Below are positions 39,078 to 47,124 of a DNA stretch of 64,000 nucleotides, piece after piece. This DNA is from Candidatus Omnitrophota bacterium (lineage in GTDB: Bacteria; Omnitrophota; Gorgyraeia; Zapsychrales; Zapsychraceae), in contig JAGQKV010000026.1 in assembly GCA_020429915.1 (NCBI GenBank), positions 2,217-66,216 of the forward strand. The letters are read 5' to 3'. A model generated the notes under the pieces. The model made no database searches and was not told the DNA's origin. It worked only from the letters and a program-made list of their open reading frames with translations. Made by a program: the position numbers and the translations under genes. Position 1 is the first letter of the stretch, and each line of letters begins with the position of its first letter.

Positions 39078-40883
39078 ATGAAGATTCTTTCCTCACCCAT
39101 TCAGCGACTGTTTCCCAAACGTATCTGGCACCAGATCTTCGCCGTTTTGGTGTGTGTCATCGTAATCCCGTTGATTGTTCTCGGTCTGCTGTTAATCCGG
39201 ACCGCGCACCAGGCCATCAAAACGACGGTCTTCCGTGACCACAAGGAGGTGGCTGTGCAGGCCACCGCTCAGGTTGCCGAACGGATTGAGGGGGCGCGGC
39301 AGTCGTTGCTGATCGCGGCTTCGGTATTATCGGCCCTGCCCGACGATCCCTGGCGGCAGGAAACCGTCATTGTCGAACTGTCCCTGAATAATCCGGCGTT
39401 TGAACGGGTCGCCGTCGTAAATCCGGACGGCCGGGAAACGGCCACATCGCAGTTGGGTACTGTTCTGCGGGACCGGTCGGCGGAACACGCCTTTCGCCGC
39501 GCCCTCACCGGTGACTCATTCCTGTCCAAAGTCCGTTTGACTGACGGCGATGTGCCGTATCTCACCCTGGCCGAACCCCTGCGTCAGGCGGGCAAGGTCG
39601 TCGGCGTGCTGATGGCCGATCTCAATGTGCGCGGCATCTGGGATAACGTGGACCAGATTCAATTCGGGGAACACGGTCTCGCCTATATTATCGACGGCAA
39701 AGGGCGCATCATCGCCCACCGGGACAAGAAGCTGGTCATGCAGGAGGCCTCCGTTCCCGATCCGCGGATTCTGCAAGACATCCTTTCCGGCCGTTCCGGT
39801 AACGTGGCCACGACCGGACCGGCGGGTGAGAAACTGCTGGTGTCCTACGCACCCATTCGCAACGTGAATTGGGGACTGGTGATCTCTCAGCCTGAGCGCG
39901 ATGCGTACGCTTACGCACAGACCATGCGCGCCCAGTCGTGGTTGATCATCTTGCTGGGGATCCTGGCCACGGTCCTGACCAGTTTTCTGCTGGCGCGGTT
40001 TGTCGGGCGTCCGATCAATGAGCTCATCTCGGCGACCGAGCGTCTTGCCAAAGGGGATTTTACGCAGCGTTTCCGCGTGCGTCAGCGCAATGAAATCGGC
40101 AGGTTGATGTTCTCGTTCAACCGCATGACGGCGCAGTTGCGCCGGGCGCGCGACATGCGCAATCTGTCGGTGATCGGCAACGCCGCCACCCGTCTGGCGC
40201 ATGAACTGAAGAATTCCCTCCAGATGGTAACCACCTTCGTCAAACTTTTACCGGAGCGTTCGCACGACAAAAAATTCCTGCAGGAGTTCGCGGACACCAT
40301 TCCCGGCGAACTGGACAGCTGGAATGCATCGTTGCGCAACATGATGATCTTCTCGCAGCGGGAATCGCCCTTTCCCACGACCGCCGTCGATATCAACGTC
40401 CTGCTCGGCGACATGGCCCTCCTGACCAAACTCAAGCTGCGCCAGATGGACATCCGGATCGTCACCGATCTGCCGCCGGGGCTCCCGCCGGTCGAAGGCA
40501 ATGAAGACAAACTGAAACAGGTTTTTCTCAACATGATGACCAACGCGCTGGAAAGCGCCCCGCGCGGTACGACCGTGGAAGTGACGGCATGCAGGCAGCC
40601 GGCAGGTGCGCCCGGGGGAAAGGATGCCGTGGAGATCATGATGAGCAATGCCTGCCTAAACCTCGAAGGTTTCGAGCCCGAACGGATCTTCGAGCCTTTT
40701 TATACCACCAAAACCGGAGGATTCGGCCTGGGGCTGTCGATCAGCCGCGAGGTGGTGGAGCGCCACGGCGGTTGCATGTGGGCGCAGGCCGATACCGTCC
40801 GGCAGCGTATTTCCTTCATTGTTCGTCTTCCCGAGGCCGGGGCCATGCGTCCAACAGGCCCTGATCCGGACCTGTCCCGCTGA
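39078..40883 (+). CDS. Sensor histidine kinase with periplasmic sensing domain and HAMP
   Basis: Two TM helices flank a periplasmic region of about 250 aa. HAMP (LAKGDFTQRFRV), H-box (ATRLAHELKNSLQ), HATPase (GGFGLGLSISREVVERHGG). Confidence 0.85.
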   Translation: MKILSSPIQRLFPKRIWHQIFAVLVCVIVIPLIVLGLLLIRTAHQAIKTTVFRDHKEVAVQATAQVAERIEGARQSLLIAASVLSALPDDPWRQETVIVELSLNNPAFERVAVVNPDGRETATSQLGTVLRDRSAEHAFRRALTGDSFLSKVRLTDGDVPYLTLAEPLRQAGKVVGVLMADLNVRGIWDNVDQIQFGEHGLAYIIDGKGRIIAHRDKKLVMQEASVPDPRILQDILSGRSGNVATTGPAGEKLLVSYAPIRNVNWGLVISQPERDAYAYAQTMRAQSWLIILLGILATVLTSFLLARFVGRPINELISATERLAKGDFTQRFRVRQRNEIGRLMFSFNRMTAQLRRARDMRNLSVIGNAATRLAHELKNSLQMVTTFVKLLPERSHDKKFLQEFADTIPGELDSWNASLRNMMIFSQRESPFPTTAVDINVLLGDMALLTKLKLRQMDIRIVTDLPPGLPPVEGNEDKLKQVFLNMMTNALESAPRGTTVEVTACRQPAGAPGGKDAVEIMMSNACLNLEGFEPERIFEPFYTTKTGGFGLGLSISREVVERHGGCMWAQADTVRQRISFIVRLPEAGAMRPTGPDPDLSR

Positions 40884-40904
40884 ATTCATCTAAATTTGTC
40901 CACA

Positions 40905-40921
40905 GGTAGAAAAAAGTCAGT
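40905..40921 (+). promoter_or_regulatory. Copy 2 of the shared upstream motif GGTAGAAAAAAGTCAGT, followed by the direct repeat ATTTACATTAA twice
   Basis: 17/17 identity to 33962-33978. ATTTACATTAA occurs at 40939 and 40965. Confidence 0.35.
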
Positions 40922-41000
40922 TGAAAGGCGTTCGCCCTATTTACATTAATGGCTGAATGTGAGAGATTTACATTAAACCTGCCGCAAAGGAAAGGGACCG

Positions 41001-41729
41001 ATGATGCTCTCCGAAGAAATCCTGGTTATTGATGACGATGACCGCGTCATTAAAAGTCTGAAGGTGGCCTTGCTGGAATACCGGATAACGGCCTTCATTC
41101 GCGGTCGGGAGGCGTTGACTTATTTGCGCAAACCCAATCTGATCCATTTGGTCCTGCTGGACGTGATGATGCCCGACATGGACGGGCTGTCCGTTCTGAG
41201 AGAAATCAAGGCCATCAACAGGGACATCGGTGTGATCATGATGACCGGTTACGGCTCCAAAGACGTGATTATCGAGGCCTTGCGGTTGCATGCGGATGAC
41301 TTTGTCGAGAAGCCCTTTGAGATCGAAGACATCAAGGCGAAGATCCGGACCGTCCTGCAGGAAAAAGTCAGCGATCCGCGGCATCAGGATGACGTCAACG
41401 GTCACCTCAGGAGGATTAAGAGTTTTGTTCGCCGTGATCCGAAGAACGCGTCGCTGGAATTGATCGCCGAACAAATGCAACTCAGTCCGCGGTACATCAG
41501 CCGGATGTTCATCAAGCACAACGGCGAGAGCTTTCGGGAATACAAAATGAAGATCAAGATGGAAAAGGCCCGCGAATTACTGACCCGGTCGCGTCTGTCC
41601 ATCAATGAAATAGCGATTAACCTCGGATATCAGAACGGAGAGTCATTCATGCGGTTGTTCAAGCGTGAGAATGCCATGACCCCCACCCAGTACCGGAGCA
41701 ATTACGGAGGCGGTAAACGCGGACAATGA
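41001..41729 (+). CDS. Response regulator with AraC-type HTH output domain
   Basis: Receiver motifs LVIDDDD, LLDVMMPDMDG, MMTG, VEKPF. The C-terminal INEIAINLGYQNGESFMRLFKRENAMTPTQYR is an HTH_AraC. Confidence 0.85.
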   Translation: MMLSEEILVIDDDDRVIKSLKVALLEYRITAFIRGREALTYLRKPNLIHLVLLDVMMPDMDGLSVLREIKAINRDIGVIMMTGYGSKDVIIEALRLHADDFVEKPFEIEDIKAKIRTVLQEKVSDPRHQDDVNGHLRRIKSFVRRDPKNASLELIAEQMQLSPRYISRMFIKHNGESFREYKMKIKMEKARELLTRSRLSINEIAINLGYQNGESFMRLFKRENAMTPTQYRSNYGGGKRGQ

Positions 41730-42133
41730 ATCCAACCCTGGAGCACATAATTTTGATCATCGATGCGCATCCGGTGTACGCGCTGAAATTGGAGGGTTTC
41801 CTGCGGGGGTTGACCTTTCGCCATATATCGCTGACGGAAAACGGCGGCGCCGGGATCGAAGCCGCGCGCGGGGACAAACCCGGTTTGGCGCTGGTCAGCG
41901 GCATGCTTCCGGATATGGACGCGACGGAATGCTGCCGGCAAATCCGCGCCGTGAGTCCTGCGACCAGGATTATTGTGCAGACCGGTCTTTTTACCGAAGA
42001 TGCGCAGATCGGGGCCCTGCGCGACAGCGGGGCCGATCATGTACTGCCGCGTCGGGAAAAGGACTGGTCGCCGCTGCAACGTGCCGTGGAAGATTGTCTC
42101 GGATTGCCCGCTGGTTCGCAAAAATCCGGCTGA
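41726..42133 (+). CDS. Atypical receiver-domain protein (pseudo-receiver with Ser in place of the phospho-acceptor Asp)
   Basis: Receiver fold (ILIIDAH...LALVSGMLPDMDA...IIVQTG), but the D57-equivalent is Ser (LVS) and the D13-equivalent is Ala. The ATGA start overlaps the upstream RR stop. Confidence 0.6.
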   Translation: MNPTLEHIILIIDAHPVYALKLEGFLRGLTFRHISLTENGGAGIEAARGDKPGLALVSGMLPDMDATECCRQIRAVSPATRIIVQTGLFTEDAQIGALRDSGADHVLPRREKDWSPLQRAVEDCLGLPAGSQKSG

Positions 42134-42152
42134 ACGGAGATGCCCTATTGTG

Positions 42153-42587
42153 ATGGAATCCTCGGATACCGTCATCCAACGGACCAGGCGCAATATTCTG
42201 GTGGTTGATGACGACGAACTTATGCGTAGAACTCTGCAGCGACTGCTGATGCTGCAACGGCATTATGATGTGCGGTGTCTGGCTGACGGGGCGCTGGTCA
42301 TGGACGAGATCCGGCAGTGGCGTCCGCATCTGATCGTGTTGGATACCCGGATGACGGGCAAGGACGGCCTGACGGTCTGCCGGGAAATACGGCAGGATGC
42401 CCGTCTGGACGAGATCCGCATCATCGTCCTGTCCGGGGCCCTTGATCAGGACCTCGAACACGTCGTGCTGGCCGCCGGTGCCGACGCCTATTTTGAGAAA
42501 CCGTTCGACAGTCAAGCGTTGTTATCAGCCATTAGAAACTTGGTTTTTCCTGACAATCCGGACCGCCCGCCGGCGACCGCAGAGTAA
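42153..42587 (+). CDS. Single-domain CheY-like response regulator
   Basis: LVVDDDE, LIVLDTRMTGKDG, IIVLSG, YFEKPF. A start at 42153 is preferred over the track start at 41973. Confidence 0.75.
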   Translation: MESSDTVIQRTRRNILVVDDDELMRRTLQRLLMLQRHYDVRCLADGALVMDEIRQWRPHLIVLDTRMTGKDGLTVCREIRQDARLDEIRIIVLSGALDQDLEHVVLAAGADAYFEKPFDSQALLSAIRNLVFPDNPDRPPATAE

Positions 42588-42597
42588 AAGTTAATCC

Positions 42598-42765
42598 GTG
42601 ACAGATGTGCCCCCCGATTCCCTGGTCATTCAAATCGAACCGGGCTCCGCTCCGGCCGAAGAGATCGCGTCATTACTGATCGATGTGTCGCGCCTGTACC
42701 GCTTGTGCGGCGGCAGCGGTCTTGGCTTTGAGGCCGGGACCGGATCAATAACCGAAGGTGAATAA
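42598..42765 (+). CDS. Possible 55-aa small protein (GTG start)
   Basis: Protein-like translation ...EEIASLLIDVSRLYRLCGGSGLGFE, packed between the RR stop and the next ATG. Speculative. Confidence 0.2.
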   Translation: MTDVPPDSLVIQIEPGSAPAEEIASLLIDVSRLYRLCGGSGLGFEAGTGSITEGE

Positions 42766-42767
42766 GT

Positions 42768-43175
42768 ATGAAAAATAACGGCATTCGATTTACGGCCCGG
42801 CCGGTTGCCGCCGGGGTGCGGGAAACCGAAACGTGGCACAGTTTCCGAAAGTGGTTCGTCCGGTCGCTGGAGTACCAGGCTACCCGCCGGCCGTACGGAT
42901 TGCGCGCGGACCGGAGGTCTTCCTCCGGCGGCGATGAAGACCGGGAGCGGTCGGAGGTGATCGTGCGGGAGGCGTGCGCGGCTGTGGCCGGCATCGAATC
43001 TCTGGAGAACGGAAATATCCGGCCGGTCCTTGACATCCGCCGCGCGCGGCAGATCGAGGTGGATATGAATGCCGCCGTCGACAGGCAGTTGACACAGATC
43101 GCGCGTTATCTGGACTATCTGGAGGATTGCTACGGGGTCCGCGTCGCGTTTCGCAACGGATGTGACGATGGGTGA
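42768..43175 (+). CDS. Hypothetical protein (135 aa)
   Basis: RBS GAAGGTGA upstream. Its stop overlaps the start of the next ORF. The antisense ORFs here are R/P-rich junk. Confidence 0.35.
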   Translation: MKNNGIRFTARPVAAGVRETETWHSFRKWFVRSLEYQATRRPYGLRADRRSSSGGDEDRERSEVIVREACAAVAGIESLENGNIRPVLDIRRARQIEVDMNAAVDRQLTQIARYLDYLEDCYGVRVAFRNGCDDG

Positions 43176-43575
43176 GTGTCTGTGGTGGGCCGCCGGCAGC
43201 GGCATCTTCGGGGTGATCGCGGGATTTCTGGGCGCGCGGTGGTGGCGGCAGCGGGCGTTGAGGCGCCGGCGCCGCGCCCGCAAGTTGATCCGGGGGCTGG
43301 ACCATCCCGCAGCGGCTTCCCGTGACCGGACGCCGTCGCCGGTTTCGCGGCCGGCCGTCACGGACACAGAACCCGCGTACGAATATCTGCTCGACATTAT
43401 GCTGGGCGGCGGGCTCAACCTTTTGCGGGAGGCCATGACGTCGCTGATCAATCGCTATGCCGCCGAGGGCTGGAGCTTCTATACGATCAGCAGTGATTTT
43501 AAGGGAGCGGGCGGCTGCTGGATCGTCTTCCGGCGCCGGCGGGAGTCCGGCAAGCGGGGGGAAGATGGTGAATAA
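43162..43575 (+). CDS. Hypothetical membrane-anchored protein (137 aa)
   Basis: N-terminal TM helix LWWAAGSGIFGVIAGFLGA followed by an Arg-rich stretch. Overlapping start and stop suggest translational coupling. Confidence 0.35.
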   Translation: MTMGECLWWAAGSGIFGVIAGFLGARWWRQRALRRRRRARKLIRGLDHPAAASRDRTPSPVSRPAVTDTEPAYEYLLDIMLGGGLNLLREAMTSLINRYAAEGWSFYTISSDFKGAGGCWIVFRRRRESGKRGEDGE

Positions 43576-43999
43576 AGGTTCGGCCATATCAAAGATGGAG
43601 CTCGCCGTCATGGTATTGGCGGCCGCGGGTCTCCTGGGCGCATCGGCGTATTTCCTGTTTCCCGACTCTATGCCGTCCGGCGGTACGGTCGATGCGAAGA
43701 TGAAGGCCGGGCAGCGCCGCACCGTCCCCGCCCTCTTGCGGGATGCCTACCGGGACTACAACCAGACCGTTAACAGCAACCGGGACACTTACGGTGTGTT
43801 GTACTATCCCTGTCCCGCCGGGTACGACTGCCGCGGTTTGATCCCGCCGGAATTATTGTTGCCCGCCGACGAGGTTGTCTTCGACTATTGCGGCGGAGAC
43901 CGCGAAGAATGCCTTATCCTCGCCATCGATATGCTGATCCGGTCGGGGATTGAGGATGTTGAGGCGTACCTCGCGGACCGGGGCGCGGCCGAAGGCTAG
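43565..43999 (+). CDS. Hypothetical membrane-anchored Cys-containing extracytoplasmic protein (144 aa)
   Basis: Internal start MVNKGS with RBS GGGGGAAG. TM helix LAVMVLAAAGLLGASAYFLF, then YYPCPAGYDCRGL...DYCGGDREECL. Confidence 0.4.
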   Translation: MVNKGSAISKMELAVMVLAAAGLLGASAYFLFPDSMPSGGTVDAKMKAGQRRTVPALLRDAYRDYNQTVNSNRDTYGVLYYPCPAGYDCRGLIPPELLLPADEVVFDYCGGDREECLILAIDMLIRSGIEDVEAYLADRGAAEG

Positions 44000-44126
44000 T
44001 CGGGGGAAGGGCAGCGACTAGCGGAAAGCGGCCAGGGAAGAGAAAGGGATCAGTGGATAGGAGATAGTGGGATTAGTGAACAGGAGGGGGTTAGTAAAAA
44101 GATTCATGAAAGAACTAACCGCTAAC

Positions 44127-45109
44127 TGTGTTATTCCAGGACATCGGTAACAGATTTAAAATAGTTGATTCTGCGCTGAACCGGTGTCAGGCCCTTTAGA
44201 CTTAAGTGAGGGCGATTAAAATTATAGTGTTGAACGAAGGCATCAAGAACCTGTGAGCGATGAAGACTATTGCGCAAGCGGATACGATTATAGCACTCAT
44301 CATCAATGGTTCTAAAAAAGCGCTCAACTTTGCCATTTGTTTCAGGATGATACGGTCGCAAAAGGTAATGCCGAATGCCTAAATCCCGGCACGTTTGGGC
44401 GAATAAAGTTAAACGACTGGCATGAGCGGCATAGCGCATCGAAAAACAAAAAGCATTATCGGTTAACACGGCCTTAACAGGATAATTGTAGTATTCTAAG
44501 GCCAAATATAAAAAATCTGTGGCCGCACGAGTAGTTGCGGCCGGATAAATGCGACAGAAAGCTTCTCTGGAGTAATCATCCAGAATAGCAAACTGATGCT
44601 CTTTGGGATGTCCTCGACGTAGCGGAACAAGCGTTTTAGTATCCAGATGTAAGAGTTCACCGGGATAAGTTTTTTCATATCGCTGGGGCTTCTTCCTCGG
44701 TTTTTTCGGCTGCAGGTACTGGAGGCCTTGCCGGCAAAGCGTACGATAAACGCTGCTGTGGCTTAAACCCAAACGTAATGCAATGCGAGCTGGGCCGATC
44801 TTCTCCTTTACTCGCAGGGATATGATCTGTTGTATGACATGATCCGATAATGCGCCAGGCGAATTCTGGGGCCGGGTAGAATGATCCTCAAGTCCCTCGA
44901 TGCCCAGTTTCTGATACCGATTTAACCATTTATAGATGGTCTTTCGGCTTAAATCAAAGAGCTTAGCGATATCGGTGACAGAATTACCGTTATTAATTAA
45001 TTCGATGCACCGTAACTTGACTTTACGTGATATTCGGGAATTCATCGGACACCCTCCTTTGGTGCAATTCTACCAAAGAAATGTGTTACCGATGTCCTGA
45101 AACATCACA
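44127..45109. mobile_element. Intact IS481-family insertion sequence (about 983 bp) with about 31-bp imperfect terminal inverted repeats (TGTG...CACA) and a 6-bp target site duplication GCTAAC
   Basis: Left end TGTGTTATTCCAGGACATCGGTAACAGATTT versus the reverse complement of the right end TGTGATGTTTCAGGACATCGGTAACACATTT. GCTAAC lies at 44121-44126 and 45110-45115. Confidence 0.8.
44131..45045 (-). CDS. IS481-family DDE transposase (HTH + rve integrase core)
   Basis: N-terminal HTH (VTDIAKLFDLSRKTIYKWLNRY) and an rve core with the DDE context LHLDTK...LTDNAFCF...HPETNGKVERF. Confidence 0.9.
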   Translation of the reverse strand: MNSRISRKVKLRCIELINNGNSVTDIAKLFDLSRKTIYKWLNRYQKLGIEGLEDHSTRPQNSPGALSDHVIQQIISLRVKEKIGPARIALRLGLSHSSVYRTLCRQGLQYLQPKKPRKKPQRYEKTYPGELLHLDTKTLVPLRRGHPKEHQFAILDDYSREAFCRIYPAATTRAATDFLYLALEYYNYPVKAVLTDNAFCFSMRYAAHASRLTLFAQTCRDLGIRHYLLRPYHPETNGKVERFFRTIDDECYNRIRLRNSLHRSQVLDAFVQHYNFNRPHLSLKGLTPVQRRINYFKSVTDVLE

Positions 45110-45233
45110 GCTAACCCCTAGTCCCGGGAGGGCGCTCCCTAAACACTCGCCGCTCATCGCTAACCGCTAGTATACAGTGTATCGGCGCCCATGGAGCTCT
45201 AACCATGCAGATTATCCATAATCTGGTACAATA

Positions 45234-46238
45234 ATGATCATGCCTAAAAGCCCATCCGAGACACGCGGCTATCCGGCACTGCTAAGAACATTGCGCGCCG
45301 AGGTCGCGTCGGCCAAAAGCGATATTGCGCGGCGCACCGTCGTGCTCTATTGGACGGTGGGCCGGCACATCAATCAGTTTCTTTCCTCGCAACCCGCGGA
45401 CGGTTCCTACCGGCGCGGGTTTTTTCATGGGTTGAGCGAGGACTTGGGCATCGATACCCGGACTTTATACCACGCGTCTTTGTTTGAACGGACATACCCC
45501 AAGCTCGACGCCAAGCTTGATTTGAGCTGGTCGCATTACCGCTATCTCTGCCAGCTGCCCACCGCTGCCGAGCGCCGCCGCTGGGAACGGCGCATTATTA
45601 AAGAGAAGATCAGTTCCCGCGACCTGTTGGCCTTGATGCATGAGGGCGAAACAGACATGCCCGGCGGAACGCTGGCAGAACCGGTGCGCGGACAGCTGTA
45701 CCATTACCGCCTGATCAAGAGCAGCAAGCTGGTGACCGGGCCTGATGTGATGCTGGTCGATTGCGGCTTCGAGAATTGCGTGGACGTCCCGCAGGCATCC
45801 GTCCGGCTGAACAACACGCACGTGTACCGGTCGGACAAACAGGACGGCGTCTACACGTTAAAGGCATCGAAGGTGACGCGCGACCGGCTGTACACGTACA
45901 AAGCCTATGTCGAGCGCGTGATCGACGCCGACACGCTGAAGGTGATCGTCGACTGCGGCTTCGGCATCCGCCACCGCCAGACCGTCCGGCTGAAAGGCAT
46001 CGACGCCCCCGAGCTCAAGACCATCCCAGGCACCCGCGCCGCCGCCTGGGTCAAAAACCAACTCAAAGAATGCCCCTTCATCATCCTGCGCACCCACAAG
46101 ACGGATAAGTATGCGCGGTATTTGGGGGATGTGTTTTATTTGGCGCATGAGCAAGACGCGGATGTGGTGGTGGCTCAGGGAGATTATCTGAATGGGGGGA
46201 TGGTGGAGATTGGTCATGCGCAGATATGGGAAAAGTAA
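45234..46238 (+). CDS. Fusion protein: DUF1016 (YhcG N-terminal-like) domain plus staphylococcal-nuclease-like (SNase/thermonuclease) domain
   Basis: N-terminal half RRTVVLYWTVGRHINQFL...FFHGLSEDLGIDTRTLYHASLFERTYP resembles YhcG_N. C-terminal half VIDADTLKVIV...VRLKGIDAPE...DKYARYLGDVF resembles the SNase fold. Confidence 0.7.
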   Translation: MIMPKSPSETRGYPALLRTLRAEVASAKSDIARRTVVLYWTVGRHINQFLSSQPADGSYRRGFFHGLSEDLGIDTRTLYHASLFERTYPKLDAKLDLSWSHYRYLCQLPTAAERRRWERRIIKEKISSRDLLALMHEGETDMPGGTLAEPVRGQLYHYRLIKSSKLVTGPDVMLVDCGFENCVDVPQASVRLNNTHVYRSDKQDGVYTLKASKVTRDRLYTYKAYVERVIDADTLKVIVDCGFGIRHRQTVRLKGIDAPELKTIPGTRAAAWVKNQLKECPFIILRTHKTDKYARYLGDVFYLAHEQDADVVVAQGDYLNGGMVEIGHAQIWEK

Positions 46239-46287
46239 CAAATAAATCGTATTGAAACAATAAAAGGAAATCAGAAAGGTTCAACGC

Positions 46288-47094
46288 ATGGTACGTATTC
46301 CCAAGAAAGTATCTGAACGGTTAAAGAAGGAAATGAGCAGATTTCAAAAGATTCTCAAGAAGGCCAAGGATCGGGATGTTAATGAGTCTGATACGGTGAC
46401 GATCATCACGGATATGTTGGCTGAAGTCTTTGGGTATGACAAATACTCCGAAATTACAAGCGAACAGGCTATAAGAGGGACTTATTGTGACTTGGCTATA
46501 AAGTTAGACGGAAAAATGAAGTTCTTGATTGAGGTTAAGGCCATCGGTCTCAATCTAAAGGATAATCATCTCCGGCAAGTTATCGGCTACGGGGCCACGA
46601 ACGGCATCCCGTGGGTTGTCCTGACAAATGGTATAGAGTGGCAGATATATCGCATCAAGTTTGAGAAACCGGTAAACTACGAATTGGTGTTTACACTTAA
46701 TTTTGCCGAAATAAGCACGCGTAAGCAGGAAGACCAGGACAAGGCATTTTTGCTATGTAAAGAAGGCCTTGAAAAGGCCGCCATTGAGGAATTTCATGAT
46801 CATGTGCAGAGTGTGAACAGATTTATGATCGGGGCAATTTTGCAGTCGGATACAGTGATATCCGTCATTAGACGAGAGTTGCGCAAGATGACCGATGGTG
46901 TGCGAGTCAAGGATGACGAAATTAGACGGATTTTGATTGAGGAGGTGCTTAAACGGGATACGGTGCAGGGTGAAATGGTAAAAGACGCGATGTCCAAGAT
47001 AAAGAAGGCTCATAAAAAGAAAGTTAAGAAAGCATCGAGGCGTAAGAAAATTGTGGCATCGGAGGAGCCTCAGCCTGATATTGAGCAAGGTTAA
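46288..47094 (+). CDS. HsdR_N-like / Mrr-like PD-(D/E)xK restriction-endonuclease-fold protein with a Lys-rich C-terminal tail
   Basis: YCDLAIKLDGKMKFLIEVKAIG...QVIGYGATNGIPWVVLTNGIEWQIY matches the D...(E/I)xK...Q..Y...TNG pattern of the type I R-subunit N-terminal nuclease domain. Confidence 0.6.
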   Translation: MVRIPKKVSERLKKEMSRFQKILKKAKDRDVNESDTVTIITDMLAEVFGYDKYSEITSEQAIRGTYCDLAIKLDGKMKFLIEVKAIGLNLKDNHLRQVIGYGATNGIPWVVLTNGIEWQIYRIKFEKPVNYELVFTLNFAEISTRKQEDQDKAFLLCKEGLEKAAIEEFHDHVQSVNRFMIGAILQSDTVISVIRRELRKMTDGVRVKDDEIRRILIEEVLKRDTVQGEMVKDAMSKIKKAHKKKVKKASRRKKIVASEEPQPDIEQG

Positions 47095-47124
47095 GATTGT
47101 TTCCGGAAGGTCTGTTTACGTATT

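Noticed and set aside
43565-43660. Type IV prepilin-like N-terminus in the 43565-43999 protein (KGSAISKMELAVMVLAAAGLL)
   Set aside because: The Glu lies at +7, not +5, relative to the Gly, and there is no G/FTLIE-type cleavage motif. It is more likely a simple TM anchor.
42630-43722. 273-aa and 280-aa minus-strand ORFs (42630-43451, 42880-43722)
   Set aside because: Their translations are Pro/Arg/Ser-rich low-complexity sequence. The + strand holds translationally coupled small genes that continue the + strand operon.
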